Of a stretch of DNA of 64,000 nucleotides, positions 9,600-23,442 are shown in pieces. The DNA is from Entomortierella parvispora E1425 (Eukaryota; Fungi; Mortierellomycota): assembly GCA_020891255.1 (NCBI GenBank), contig BQFW01000013.1, positions 2,108,001 to 2,172,000 of the forward strand, written 5' to 3'. The notes beneath the pieces are model-generated. The model was not told where the DNA came from, ran no database searches, and saw only the letters and a list, made by a program, of their open reading frames with translations. The translations under genes and the position numbers were made by a program. Positions within the stretch are counted from its first letter, which is position 1, and each line of letters opens with the position of its first letter.

Positions 9600-11575
9600 T
9601 CTTCCCTCATCGCTCTTGGCATCGATTCTCTGCCCTCTTTCCCTTTGATCCCTTCACCGCTCCCCTTCTCTTGATTACGTCTAAACTGCTGTTCATGGAA
9701 TCACCCCCACCCCTGCCACTGCCTGATTGTCTTCATGTCTGCGATGCACGAGCTCTAACTTTGGACATGTTCTGTACTCTGTCCGTACCTTCTCATTCTC
9801 ATGGCCCATGCTGGCCAAAGACCACAACAATTAATGTTCCTGAATATAGGAGAAATTATCAGATTTGCTCTGTCTCTTTTGTATTTCAGACCAAATCCAA
9901 TCATGAAGACTCGTTGCTTCTTTACTTTGTTATAAGAGTCGACTCTGCAATACTCAACTTTGCAAGATCGCCTCCGCCAATGACAATAAGACTGTGCGAG
10001 TGGGGGATGCTCAGACTGGCTCTCTTTGGCGCCTGGATTCATGGGCGAACTGGACCAACCTCGGGATTCAGCATGCATGTAATGGTTACAGGAGGAGGCA
10101 TTACCACAGACTTACTTGCAGTCGGGATCTTTCAAGAACATCACAAATTTCTTGCGGGACCATATCGTTTGTGGCGCTGTTTTCTTGGCAGTGGCGCCAA
10201 CAGATAGGAGCATGGCGAGGTAATACTCAGACTGAAAGTTTGGATTCTGTGTATCGTGGATCAAATCAGTCCCATCAATACCTGCTGGCCTGGATGGAGT
10301 TCGTACAACTGGCATTCAACTCGGGATCTGGAATGCGTCAGTTGCCACCCTCGGACAAGGATTGCTTTTATTCTTTGACGCAGGGATGATCAGAAAAGTC
10401 TGGTCCAAAGAGCACAAAAAAAAAATTGTTCGAACAATAGGACTCGGTCGTACATCCGCATATCAGGACGTGATACCACGAACCCATGGAGCAGAAGGAT
10501 GATATGTAAGGCATGCTGCTAATCTGCCTATTCGCAGCTACTCGATGCCAGCTGGGCCGAGGGGATTTTCAATTTATTTTTTCTAGCATCGTTGCGACCC
10601 GGGCGACAAACAGGGACTCAGATGTCGTCATACTCGAATGTAGGAAGTTTGATTCGTTTGGAAAAGTAAAAAACAAGGCGCGTCTGTATTCATACAGGCA
10701 TTTTTTTATGGCGACAATTACGAAGATGGCGGTGCAATCCTTGCAATGCTGCAGGTGCCCGCTGTCGAAGGGATTGCCGATGAGGATTGCCGATGCCCTT
10801 CTTCTCCTGCAAGTATGTTTGTCGCTCTGGGATCTTGACTAATTTACCGGGTCCTTTGGATTTTGCTACACGTGTCCAGAAAGTGCAGGGACGAGTCTCG
10901 ACCAGCTTGTGAAGTGATCATGAAGTGCTGCTTTGGGTTGCCTGATTACTGCCCACATCAATAAACAATCTACCACACTGCAAAAATATAAGAATAGCAG
11001 GCTCCTGGATATCGTTGCAAAAAATGTCCACGATCTAAACGGAACAAGCAATAATAAATTGGCAGAAAGTTGCCCCAGCACCATTCACCGCTTGATGAAG
11101 AGCGCGACAATCGTTTTCCAGCTTTCGCTTCGTGATTCGGTTGCAGAAATACTCATTCTCAAGGTCCTTATGAAGATTCTTGGCCCATGCTTTGTTTAGT
11201 CTTCTCGCCGTCTCCAGAATCTGAATGTTGCTCCGTTGCATATGTGCTATTGCATTTCTCCACTCCGCTCTTTCTTTGGCCTTGCCCAAGATCTCTTCTT
11301 TCGTCCACGTCAAAAAAGAGCTATACTGGAATTCCTCTGGTCGGGCGCATGAGCTCAGATATGGCCACGCGTAGAGACTTCTCAGACCTTGACGCCATGC
11401 TCGACGCGTCGACATGGTGGCATGTATCTAACCATTCAAACCACAAGATATCGACCGAAGTTAGACGTTCATAATATCACCCATTCACTTCAGATACATC
11501 TTGCGGAAAGACTCAATATCCGACAGTCTTGCTTGATAACTTCAAAATACCAGGTACCAATGACAGTCATGCTGA
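9600..11575 (-). pseudogene. degenerate gene of unknown family containing an RNAIAH (HEPN-like) segment at 11242-11259
   Basis: ORF 11035-11415 reads EWRNAIAHMQ. Downstream frames are broken by stops and frameshifts. Paralogous to 34000-36100. Confidence 0.55.
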
Positions 11576-11599
11576 TGAAAAGATGAAGGGAAACATTAA

Positions 11600-12560
11600 T
11601 AAAGCTCCAAGTGGAGTTGGTGCTGGTAGTAAATTCCATGGTGGGCAGCCGTAGACTCGACCTAGTGGCTTCCCTGGGTGTTGGACTCCATCCAATGCTT
11701 CCGCTGCTGGATCCTATTTCCATGACATGAACCTCGGCAACTTGTGTTCTGTCGCGTGGCAAAGAGGTCCACCTGTTTTGGCCTCCGATCCGTCTCCAAT
11801 GTCCGAAAGTACTGTGGATCTATCGACCATTCCAGTTGCGACTGAAGACGATGAAATGGCGCAACCGCTGGGTGGAATGCGGAAGGAACGTACGTTGTCT
11901 GTAGGCGAGTGTTCTTTTGCGTTCATAATTTCCAAAGTTCTGCGGCTGTTGACATTAGAGCAGGCGAGCGCGTTCCTCCGAAGTGATTTACGTAGGCGAT
12001 TGTTGTCATGTTGTCCGAAACTATGTTGAGCATCTTGCCCTTGCAGCAAGGGAGCTGTGCTGCGATGAGTACTGTAATCAATTCCTTCTGGTTGATGTGC
12101 AAATGGCGCTGAGTTGACGACCATTGTCCCGTCCACGGTTGATGGTTGATGATCACGTCCAGCCTGTGTCGCTTGCGAAGAAGGACATCAAGCAACAGAA
12201 TAAACTGATATTAAGAGATCCTCCTCACCCTGACTGCCGCCATGATCGTAGAGTCGTTGATATCCGGTATCGGAAGTCTCACTGGGGCCACTACGTCATC
12301 CAATGCGCTGCCAAAGACAAGAAGCATGCGGGGTGTAGGGATATGCGGTGCGAACACTCCGATCAATGCCCTGGGCATTGGAAACATGATTAGCTACGGG
12401 GGCGTTGAAGCAAAGAATCGAGTGGCAGAGTTGACGAAGCAAATACTTACATCGCATCTGCAATCTCCATTTTTCTCAGTTCTCCAGATTCCAGTGCGTC
12501 AATACAATCCCCTTGGTAAAGCTGGAATAGACAAGCAACGCAGTTTTCTCCAACTTTCCA
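11600..12560 (-). mobile_element. DIRS-type retrotransposon relic (RNase H plus methyltransferase-like domain)
   Basis: ASDTGW, HINQKEL, SDNMTTIAYVNHFGGTRS, LQTTYVPS (DIRS RNase H), then HKLPRFMSW...YGCPPWNLL (DIRS MT region). Contains frameshifts and stops. Confidence 0.85.
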
Positions 12561-12589
12561 CTGAATAAGAAAATGACTATGGTTAATAA

Positions 12590-14110
12590 GCACAATCAAC
12601 GGCTCAAAGACAGTAAGAAAGAAGATGGCATACGTACATCACATTCGTTGTGGGTGACTTCCGCCAGATTGGCTCTCAGATCTTCAAGTTCGAGCTTGTT
12701 CAGCTGTCCTTCATCAGTCTCCACCTCATGGTCTTCCCGCTCGTCCATCTCACACGGGTCTTCCTGTTCCTCCTGCTCTATTTCATCCCGCGCATCATGG
12801 TTTTCTAGAATAGATGCATTAACGTACACAGGTTGTCCAACGCCATGCACAAGCATTGTATCAATAAATCAAACTACTAGAGAATGCAAAACAATAAAAT
12901 CCTTTTTGATCACTTACCTGATGACAGAGCTGAGTCCAGGATATCCTCCTCCACCCTATACTCGAGTCGGCTCCGTTTTGTGAGAACACTATCCACCGCT
13001 TGATGAAGAGTGTGGCGATCGTTTTCCAGCTTTCGCTTCGTGATCAGGTTGCAGAAATGCGAGTTCTCAAGATCCTTACGAAGACTCTTGGCCCATGCTT
13101 TGTTTAGTCTTCTCGCCGTCTCCTTCAGAATCTGAATGTTGCTCCGTTGCATATGCGCTATTGCATTTCTCCACTCCGCTCTTGCTTTGGCCTTGCCCAA
13201 GTTCTCTTCTTTCGTCCACGTCAAAAAAGAGCTATACTGGAATTCCTCTGGTCGGGCGCATGAGCTCAGATATGGCCACGCATAGAGACCTCTCAAGTCT
13301 TGACGCCATGCGACGCGTCGACATGGTGGTATATTTCTATACATTCAAAACACAAGATATCAGCTGAAGTTAGACGTTCATATTATCACACATTCTCTTC
13401 AGATACATCTTGCGGAAAGTCTCAATATCCGACAGAGTCTTACATGACAACGTCAGAATACCAGGTACCAATAACAGTCATACTAGGCAGAACTTCTCGC
13501 AATAACGAAGGTTCTGCACAGTGCTGAAATTCGCAAGAAACTCAAGCACTGAACGTCAAAGGACACGTCACATTTGTCTTTGAGCGACCAATGTGCAGCA
13601 GAGTGACCTCAACATGACCCAACAGACACTGCTAGTGAACGTTGAGATGCCAGGAACCGCCGACAGAATGCTGTGCAGAGCTTTCTAGCAATGACGAAAA
13701 CTATGCACAGTGTTGAATGCTTTTTACAGAACCCGCAATGGGAGATTCCATAGGAATGCTGCTTCCAACGCTAACGCCGATCAGACACACCTTACCATTG
13801 ATCTTTGCAATGACAAGGAGGCATGATGGTAAAGCCTCGCGCTTCATACAAGAGAGAAGGAGGGAGAAACAGAATGTGGAGACTCACTTACCGAGAGACC
13901 AAGGACTTATTCACACTGGCGAGCATAAGTCCTTGGACTGGAGACCTGGGGCTAGATAAATCATCTGTAAGAACCTGAGGAAGCTGGGCGCAGAAGCGAG
14001 ACTCTGTTGAGTAACAGCGTGGCAAGGAGCATCGCTTTTGACAACGTACCTCCCGTGGACATGACAGTATTATTCACATATTAGCCGCCCTCCTTTCTTG
14101 TGTGCCCAAG
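12590..14110 (-). pseudogene. second copy of the RNAIAH (HEPN-like) gene, with acidic C-terminal piece
   Basis: ORF 12910-13344 (RPEEFQY...EWRNAIAHMQ). Upstream region is homologous to 36100-36720. Confidence 0.55.
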
Positions 14111-14599
14111 AGAATCACTTTTTTGATTCTCTCTGGAAATCAGCTTCTTTCTGCTTTCCAGCGGGAAGCAAAGAAGGGCCAATCAATTCAAACAATCAAG
14201 AAAGGGATTCTTGGCTTCGAGGAAAGGAAGAAAGCGAATGAAATGGAGTAGGATGTGAAAGTGGACAGCGGAAAGATGTCTACGCGGAGTGACTCGAGAT
14301 TGGCTGAGGATGCAAAGGCCATCGTTGGCGCAAAGGCAGGTGTTGATGGAAGGGAGCAAGGGCGAGTGTTGCGAACGAAGGGATGGGTGGATGACCTGCA
14401 GGGTGAATGGATGACCAAGCCTGGCTCACCCTGCCCTGGAGGGATGACTGTGTCCAGGAATTATTTTCTTTTCTTAACCTCTTGTCCCTTTCCCCTCCCT
14501 CTTTTCTTTTCCTCATCGCTCTTGGCGTCTGCTTTTTCTCTTTGCTTCTTTTACCGCTACACCACCGATCAAGGAATCTCCCCCACCCCTGCGGCTGCT

Positions 14600-15960
14600 T
14601 GATGTCGACACCCCTTATTATCTTAATGTCGACATGTTCTCTACTTTGTCCGTACCTTCTTATTCTCATGGTCCTTACTGGCCATGGCTATAGCAATTAA
14701 TGTCCCTGAATGGAGGGGAAATGGTCAATCTTGCTTCATCTTGCTTTCACTCTTTGTCATCAGGCCAAATCCAATCAGCTTGAAGACTCATTGCTTCTTC
14801 TTTACTTCGTTATGGAGTCGGCTCTACAATTCTCAACTTTGCAAGATCGCCTCCGCCAGTGACAACAAGACTGAGGGATGCTCAGACTGGCTCTCTTGGT
14901 GCCTGAATTCATGGACGAACTGGGCCAACCTCTTGCGCTATCGTGGGAGCATGCATGGTGATTCAGCAGACATGTAATTGAGTACAGGGTGGGGCATGGC
15001 TACAGACTTACCTGCAGTCGGAGTCTTCTTCAAGGGCGCCTTGGACTTTATACAGGACCATATCGTTTGTGGTGCTGTTTTCCTGGGCAGTGGCGGCCGA
15101 TAGACGGGAGTATGGCAAGGTAATCTTCATACGGAAGTTTGGACTTTGTGCGTCGTGGATCAAATCAGTCCAACAATACCTGCTGGCCTGACTCCAGTTG
15201 ATAACTCAGCCATGGATCTGCAATGTTCTGTACTGGTAGTCGCCCTAGGACGAAGGCTGACTGAGATCATAGGGAGTCTAGTCCAAGAGCAGGAAAAAAT
15301 TGTTCGAGCAACAAGACTTAATCCCCCATCCACTAATCAGGACATGATACCACTAGAAATGGAGCAGCTGGATGATCGGTAAACATGCTCCTAGTCTGAT
15401 TCGCACTTGCTCGATGACTGGTGTAGGTGGGCTTCGGGGGTTTTTTTCATTTTTATTTTTCATTTTTTTTTCTAGCATGGTTGCGACTCAGGCGACAAAC
15501 AACGCCTGACAGGACTCTGTGTTAGTCAGAGCAGGCGTCATGCTCGAAAATGGGGAGTTCGAATCATTTGGAACAATAGAAGACAAGACGCATGTTTGTA
15601 CATCCGAATATCTATGGCGGCCATCGCGAAGATGTCAGAGAGGTCCCTCTAGCCTGTAGCATTGCTGCAGTCGTTAAGTTCCTTCTGCTTGTGTAAGTAA
15701 TCTTCCTCTTGGATTCTCATTAACACCAGATCATTCTCGAACCCCCCGATTCTTTCTTCGCAGCACAGGGTGTATTCTCCGTTTCCAGCTGCGACTTTCA
15801 TGTTACTCATTATGGTACAAGATTGGCAAGTCCTTTTTGGAATCTGCCGTAATTTCGTTAAGGTAAGGTGAAGGCATACATCAAGAATCTCATGCGGACG
15901 AAATGATGGCGCACTGGATTAGTCATTGAACTCCTTTCAAGATCTGGATGATATCCCAAC
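14600..15960 (-). pseudogene. degenerate paralog of the unknown-family gene at 9600-11030
   Basis: Recognisable DNA similarity to 9700-10850, 37300-38620 and 59600-60300. No long ORF. Confidence 0.45.
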
Positions 15961-18635
15961 CTTAAGGTCCAGGTGATTGCAGCATGGAATGAGAAATGGC
16001 ATGAAGAATGGTGGCGTCAATGTTTTCAGGGAGGGATTTCGTGGCGTTTGATCTCCAGTAGCCTTACTCTCTATTGCTCCTATACGGGAGTTTCTTTCTT
16101 CAAAATGCGGAGAACACTTGTAGGAACTAGTTCAATCACGGACTTTGGAGGGAAATTAAGAGAGGATTGTTCATAGTCCTGGGCCACCACTCCCTCTTCC
16201 CCTTCCTCATGCCTGAGCTCGTCCCTGCCGACTACTGCTGTTGTCTCCAGCAGATGCGCCACGTTTTCCTTTGCTCTCGACTTTTTTTTCTTTAAGCTTC
16301 AATATAGGACCATGGCAACAGAGATTCCTGAGGTTGGTGCAATCGCCTGTCATAAAAGGGACCTCAGTCCACAGACATCTGAAGGTCCGGATCCACTTTG
16401 CATCCTGCGGATGAGCTCGACTTAGGCAGGCATGAGGGAACCCTACATGTTTAGGGACTTGACCACATGCCACTGAGCAGAGTTGCATGCTGCGGCCCAT
16501 TTCTTGTATGTGCGTCTGCAATTGCAGTCGGCGTAGGTCAGACTGTTGCTAATGAGATTGCCGAAGAGAGGGATCTCAAGACAGAGATTGGATTGAGTGA
16601 ATGCATGGGACAGAATGAACGCAGAGGGAAGTTGAGAGAAGGGGCTGAACAAAGGGGGGTTTTTTTTGTGATCAGACACAAAGGGTCCTGTCCTGCGTGC
16701 GCCTCGCCCCTTCGAGATCTGGACTCTCTTTCCTCTCTTCAAGCCAAGCATGACCAACGGGAAGGGAACGGATGGCGAACATCGCGAGCAATCCGCACAA
16801 TACAGTTTGTAAAGCGCAACGAGGCCCATTCCGCCCTTTGCCTGCTTCTTTCCAGACACAGCTCTTCGCACGAGCCATAACACGCGCAGGACTGTCCGAT
16901 GTGCTCTTCCCGATCTTGTCTTTGACTTTTGAAATTCACTAGGCTCCTCCCTTGTCACGCTTGCTCCCCTCGGTCATCAACTTGCAAAGACCACCCCCCT
17001 TTCTATCAATAAAAGCTTTGTGGCACTTTTTTTCTTCAGTGATTGCAGTTTTTCTGTCGTCGACCCAGACGCGAGTGAATACATCCTCGAGTGCATCCCT
17101 GGGCAATAGCCAGCTTTTTCTCAACACACAACTTGGGCACACCGATCCGCTGGTAAAGTTATCTATTGACCCAGTGTCAGAGTGCACACCCGGGACTAAG
17201 GGCTACGACCACGTACCCTCGGCTGTCCTGGGAATTCGATTCAACATTGAATGTGTCGAGTTTTCGGAATGGTCACCTTGCTTTACATGCATGGATGCAT
17301 GAACCGGCACTGACAATGCAACGCATGCAGGGAATGCCTGGACGGACGGAGTCTGAACACAGTTGACACGCGCCGAAAAACCAAAAAATCAAAAAAGCCT
17401 GGAATGAAATCGACGCGCTTCTTCCTGACAGGATTGCCGAGCTTTTTGCGTTACACAAGCATGTCCACCGTTGCTAACGTGTCCCCTCCTGCCCTTGCTT
17501 TCCTGCTTCGAGTGACCGCCTCTCGACTCGACAGGTATAAAAGGTGGCCTGGGGACCAAGTTTTCTTTTTTCTTCTTCATTGCAATATTATTAGTTGACC
17601 TGCCCACACGGGTCGGAAAATGCGCGCTCCAAGGGAGAACCCCACTCCCAGTACAGGACGGGCAGTCAGCTAAACCCATTATTTTTGGCCACGGTATACC
17701 GCGGGTGTTCTACACACTCGTACCGTTGGAAATATCTTATTTTACAAACAAACAAGAAAAAAGGAGGGAGGGGAGCAGGGGAGCAGGGGAATGGGGACAT
17801 GGACACTGCGAGATGCATTCGCTGGCACATGGGCCATGTTGGTCGCATGGAATGCATCTCGCTACACTTGCATTGAGGGAATGGACACCCAGGGGGTCTG
17901 TTCCATTCCATGCGTGGGACTGAAGACATTCGTCCACTCGCACTGCGACTCGCGCTTGCACTGACAGAAACAGAACAGAACACGTTTGAGCCCTGATTTT
18001 TGGCGCACTGACGTTGTGCCCATTTCCCCACAACGGCCGTGTGCTTGGCCTGCTGGCGGGCTCACAGACCAGCACCCCACCTCATGGCTCATGGCTGGGG
18101 CAAATGGAGTTTGACATTGCTGGCTTGGTGCACTCCATTTCCATGACTCCATGCACGCGTTGCATCTAAGTCGACTCATTCTGACATTGGAAGTTTCACA
18201 AATGCATTGATTAGCGCGACAAGACAATGAACAGGCCCGTCGTGCCAGATGGACTCTGCTTTTCATTTCACCAATTTTTGATGTTAGTATGATCACTCTT
18301 CTCCTATATGAACGTAACTGTTGTGCTCATTCATCAAGAGGGTGGAGTTGCGTCTTCTGAGGATGCAGTGCTCACAGCCATTTGTACTCCGGAGTCTTTC
18401 CAGCCTAGTACATCTCAGGATCAAAAACTAAACCCCGCGCACCGTGTACTCCAAAGAGCGGACAATGTAGAGTCGTATCAGCCGGCGCATGGTTCGGACG
18501 CACCAGACCGATCGACCGGTCAGAGACAGGCCATCTCCCGCACAATTCCAGGTACAAGAGGTTTCGAGCGTGGAGAAAGAACAGTTGATCAGAAAAAATG
18601 TATATCTTTAATGGAATTCACGCCATAGAAACACC

Positions 18636-19214
18636 TCATCGCATGGATACGAGATCCGCACGCATGTTAAAATGCTGGTTGCAGACAGGCTTTCCTCCAG
18701 CCCGGATTTCTGAAGGGTACGAGCACGTTCTTGTGCACTGCTGTCTATTCCTTTTGATTGCAAGGCATGTCAAGTCGGCATTTCGTGGATCATGCTGATA
18801 GCAGAAATATTCCTCTCTCCTTTCAACAAGAAGAAAGTTGGTGCCGTCCCTTTTGCAATTCTCTCCCCGCTTGGTCAGTCCAAAGCAAGCGGGCAGTCCG
18901 TTGGGGTTTCTTCGGATGTCTGGCAAATGGTTCTTTTCATTAGGAGTGCCTCTACTTCGGCTGCTGCTGCCGCTGCCGCTGCCGATGGGTTCATTTTTAG
19001 GCTGAACTTCCCTAACCGAGATGGCGCTGAACTCTTTCTCCAACTTTGACACTTCATCATCTGACCAAAGATCGATCAAATCACCCATCTCTGACTTTGG
19101 TGCGGGTGAAGGGGGGCTGACGGGGGGCGTCAATCTCGGTCTACGCTGCGATGTCGACCCATTTTGAACATTGTTGATATGGCTCACTTGTGTTGAAGTT
19201 TGACGGCTCATCAT
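18636..19214 (-). CDS. protein with two C-x-G/A-x(n)-C...C-x2-H zinc-finger-like repeats
   Basis: CFGLTKRGENC...FCYQHDP and CLAIKRNRQQC...VCNQH after a disordered N-terminus. Confidence 0.75.
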   Translation of the reverse strand: MMSRQTSTQVSHINNVQNGSTSQRRPRLTPPVSPPSPAPKSEMGDLIDLWSDDEVSKLEKEFSAISVREVQPKNEPIGSGSGSSSRSRGTPNEKNHLPDIRRNPNGLPACFGLTKRGENCKRDGTNFLLVERREEYFCYQHDPRNADLTCLAIKRNRQQCTRTCSYPSEIRAGGKPVCNQHFNMRADLVSMR

Positions 19215-19671
19215 TTTGAGAAAACCCAAAAAAAAGGGCGGAGAAACAAAGATGGGCGTGACAAAGTCAGAGCGTGTGAGTTGAAAGGGGATCTTGATGG
19301 GTGGGCGTTACTTGGTGGAAAGGAAAAGAAGGTGCAGAAACAAAAAGTGCTTTGCCTTGATCTCTTTTTTTTTTTTCTTTGTGACCAGTTGCACAAACAT
19401 GATGAGTTCCCCTGAATTTTTCTTCGGGAAGCCCATCAACCATTATTGGCAGCTCCAGGCAAACATGAACACAAAGGCAAAGCAATAGATGAAAACGGGT
19501 GAGCCGGAACAAAGGCATTTGAAGGGAGAGCACCAGAGACAACAGCAACAGCCCTCTTTGCGATACTGTTGTGGCTACAAATGGCAGTGCTGTGCGCCTC
19601 AGTCGTATCCATAAAAGAACTTTGAACCTTGCAGCACTTCATCTTCTCACCTCTCTTCCCTTATTGAAAAA

Positions 19672-21632
19672 ATGCCTGCTTCTGGTAAGTACTACACTGC
19701 ATCTTTGCTTGATATGAAACCCTGCTAAACTCTTCGCCTTCCTGTTCCTCTCTCTCTCTCTCCCCCCCTCCCCCTCTCTATACCTTTATTATGTATGGTC
19801 CCTATCATGACATTTTGCCTCACAGATGAAAGGGATCATGATGATGGCCAAGTTCCTTCCCTCCCTCCAAGTCCAAAGACTACCATCAACTCCAGCATTG
19901 TGACAGAGGCTCCGGATGTGGAAAACCTAGTCCCGAATGATTCGAGTGAGGTGCCTGATCACGACGACAGCACCTTAGCCCTTAAGGAGGATGGACTAAA
20001 TCAAGCAACCGAAAAGGAGTCTGAGAGCGAACATCGGGTTAGCACTTTGGACGTGACTGACCCACATCTCAAGAAAAAGGTTACAGAAACTGACAAGACT
20101 GAAGCAGAGGACAGTGGTGACCGTCCACCATTGTGTGACCATGTTGATTCCGGATATCCACCTTCGACATCAAGCAGTCATGACATCCTTCAAGAAGAAA
20201 TCGACAAGCTGACCACACAGCTGCACGAATCGCAACTTCTGGCAGAACGTCTGAAAAATGAAGTGAAGGAAACCAAAGAAGAGCTACAGGGACGAGACCA
20301 GATGATCGTGAAACTCAATGAGGATCTGGAGGTAGCCAAGTGTAAGTTTTTGCCATTTTGTTGTCGAGTTGTTTTTTTTCGAGGAAATGAAATTATTGAC
20401 GTTCACTTGTGTGCATTGTTCTAAAGACAGTTCTTCTTTGAATCCTGCCATCAACATTTCTTAGATTCTCTCCCTGATCTGTCGCCAAATCCCGACTTTT
20501 GTCTCGCGTTTTGGAAAGACACATTCATGCCCTGCAAAAATCAACCCAAAGAAGGAGCCATGATGTGCGTTGACCATATCAACTTTCCTCTCTTCATCTC
20601 CTCGCTCGACAAAGATAAGAAGAAACGAATATATTGTTTCCCCGACAACTACGAGATTCCCACGAAATTCAAGTATGCCATGGGAAGGAAGTACCTCAAG
20701 AAAGACCGAGAGGAAAAACAAATTCCGAAAGGCACGAAATGCTACCTCGGCGGTTGTGGTCGTGATGCAAAAGTGATCATTTGTGATGGCCCAGAAGACG
20801 AGCCTACTCCTCTCTGCGAATACCATGACGACGAAAAACCTCTCTCGAGCTGCATTCCCGAGCTCTATGGTGGCATAGTGTACGGTCGTCTTTTCCCAGG
20901 TAAAAAAAAACACCCTCGCTTTTGTTAACTCGTGGTGTGTACGTCCATCCGTTTTCTCACTACATCCCAAATTCTTCTATTATATTTGATTTCACAGAGC
21001 ATGGTATCTACGATCATCTACCTGCGGGGCGACTCATTCGCCAACGCTACCGACACTCAAGCCCCGTTACCGCCAAAGATTATATTGGTTACCTCTACGC
21101 CTATGTGCCTAACAGCAGACGAAACCAACATGAAAAGCAGAACAGTGCTGAAAACCGAAAATGGAACTTAGTGAAGATTGGGCTGGCCACCGATCTCAGT
21201 TCCAGAAAACGACAGCACGAATATGCTTGCGAAAAGGATATTGAGGTTTTGAAAAACTTTTCCCCTTTCGTCGAGGACACAACGGCCATCAAAGAGATCA
21301 AAAAGGGCAAAGAGATAAGGAAGGGCATGCCCTGCCGTTATGCGGGCCTCTTTGAGGGCCTCCTCCATGGGATGTTCGTGCGTGCTAAAGTCTACGATTG
21401 CCCGGTAAAGTGTGGAAAAAAGCATACCGAATGGTTTCATTTTGGGAAATATGATCCTGAATGGTCCATTACAGCAGTTATTGAAAGGGGTGATGGTTTG
21501 GTGAAGCGATTGATGGAGTTTTATCCCGTACCAGAAAACTCAAAAAGTGGACCAGGAAAATCGTATCTTGCACCCAAAGATCGCATTTTTTACTTTGACT
21601 ACTTAGAGCTTTTTGCACAAATTGAGGAGTAA
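19672..21632 (+). CDS. coiled-coil + Cys/His domain + T5orf172 (GIY-YIG-like, Mug113) protein
   Basis: Four exons splice in frame (introns 19685-19825, 20342-20464, 20900-20997). GYLYAY...VKIGLA..RKRQHE..C...EGLLHG...CPVKCGKKHTEWF. Confidence 0.85.
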
Positions 21633-21884
21633 ACAAAATAAACACGATCTGAACTGCTGCAGTTTTGGAGAAGAAATGCCATTGCGCGGTACGAGCACAT
21701 TTGGATCGATTGAGTTCTGAACAGGTTACAGGAATCATGAGCTTCGATTGAATCAACTATGATTCGCAAGACAGATATCGCCTTCTTCTAGCTATTTGCT
21801 TTGCAGAGAATGAATGATTCGCATTTATTGCTCGGTTGGTTTAGTGCTACTTATAAACGCCTAAGAAAAGTTGGTAACCATGTT

Positions 21885-22783
21885 TCATACAGACACGAGC
21901 CTCGCGTTCATCTTGAAATGCTGGTCGCAAATAGGATGTCCTCTAATACGGATTTCCTTGGGATCAGAGCATTTTTTTTTCACATTGCATCCCGTTTCCC
22001 TTCTTGATTGCGAGGCATCTCCGATGGGTGGCAATGGTATTTATCGTAACGCCCCAAATCCTGAATGGCGTAATTACCGTCCCTATTGCACGGCGCGTTG
22101 CTTGTAGTCGTACCAAAGCAGGCAGGAGATCCGTTGGGGTTCCATCGGGTATTCGACGGGGATTTCCCTCCGCTTTGAGAAGTATCATGTCCATTACGGA
22201 CGCCAAGCCGAGCAGTGTTGGCAGGCGGACCAGGTGGATGGTAGTTGGTGGGTTGACAGCTATTTCCTCGCTGGCTGTAGCGTCCTCGCTGACTGCTGTT
22301 TCCCTGTTGACTGTAGTTTCCCCGTTGGTTGTTTCCAGGTCGATGGAGACCACTGGACTGATGGTTATTCCTGGGTCGATTGCTGTCTCCAGGCGAGCTG
22401 TTGCTACTTCTAGGTTGTCCATTCTCGGCAGATCGATGATCACTATCAACTGGCTTGTTCTTACCCGACCGATAGTTCTGATTTTTATTTTTATTTTTGT
22501 TGGCTCGATTGTGAGGTTGACTGTTTCCACTCGGGACGACACTGTCGAGGCTTAGACCCCTCATTTCAAAGAGCTCGTCTTCCGACAACTGAGATAAAGC
22601 AGGGTCCGGCCCCTGGATCGGCTCAGCATCTGAGAAATGGATCAAGTTGATTCCTTTCTCTGAATCGGTGTCGGACACGGGGAACTCACGAAACGTCGCT
22701 CAGTGTTAGCTCCGTGATGTTGTAAAATTGCGAACACCATTGACGCGCATGGGTTGTTTTTGGAGACCTTGGTGACGGCTCAT
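21885..22783 (-). pseudogene. frameshifted paralog of the 18636 zinc-finger gene
   Basis: RWNPNGSPACFGTTTSNAPC. The second finger CLAIKKGNGMQC...ICDQHFKM is recovered only across two frameshifts, one in an A9 run. Confidence 0.7.
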
Positions 22784-23442
22784 CTCTGTGGGTGGTGTAT
22801 TAATAAGATACGTGAAAAAAACACGAAGATCAAGAGGGGGAATGCTATGGTCGAAAGAATGAGTTTCGCGGAGAAAAGCAAAAGTGCGTGGTAAGAGGCG
22901 AAAAACTGAGAGAGAAGAAGATGCAAGAGTCCATCGAGATGAAGGGTCGATGATGGCTGGATGGGGAGATAGGGGGTGTGAATACAATGTGCCCTGCGCC
23001 TTTTTTGCACAAACGGGACCGCGGCAGCATTGTGATCCTCTTTGTCTGGCAATGCTTGCTTGTCGACATAAATGGCGAAGCAGTTAATCGTGACAAAGAC
23101 GTTCGCGTTGAAATTTGGACGCTTGACGGGAAAATATAGAATAGGGGAAGGCAACAAAGACAACATCCTGGTCACTACGCCATGCATCGACTAAAAGAGA
23201 GAGAGAGAAAAAAACACGACCACTTTCCAAGTGACACAAGACCTGGGAACGTGCGCGCCTTGTGACAATATCCACAAAAGTGTGGAAACAGGACCACCGC
23301 AAGGTACAGCCCACAGCTAGATCTCTCGTTTGATATTAAAGCAAACGTAATTGACCAAGCTTTCCTCATCTCCACTCTCTATTCTCACTCTCACTCACAC
23401 TCGCACTATCACGCACGCCTCCTGTCTTTCTGCTCCTTCCAA

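Noticed and set aside
15960-17380. Protein-coding gene in the thrice-repeated segment (also 28950-29340 and 45270-46620)
   Set aside because: ORFs are short and their frames are not conserved between copies. At best it is an unassignable relic.
21962-21980. Programmed slippage at homopolymer frameshifts
   Set aside because: Long A/T runs are frequent here (e.g. 29408-29432, 30886-30910, 47457-47488). Single-base indels in them may be sequencing error or decay.
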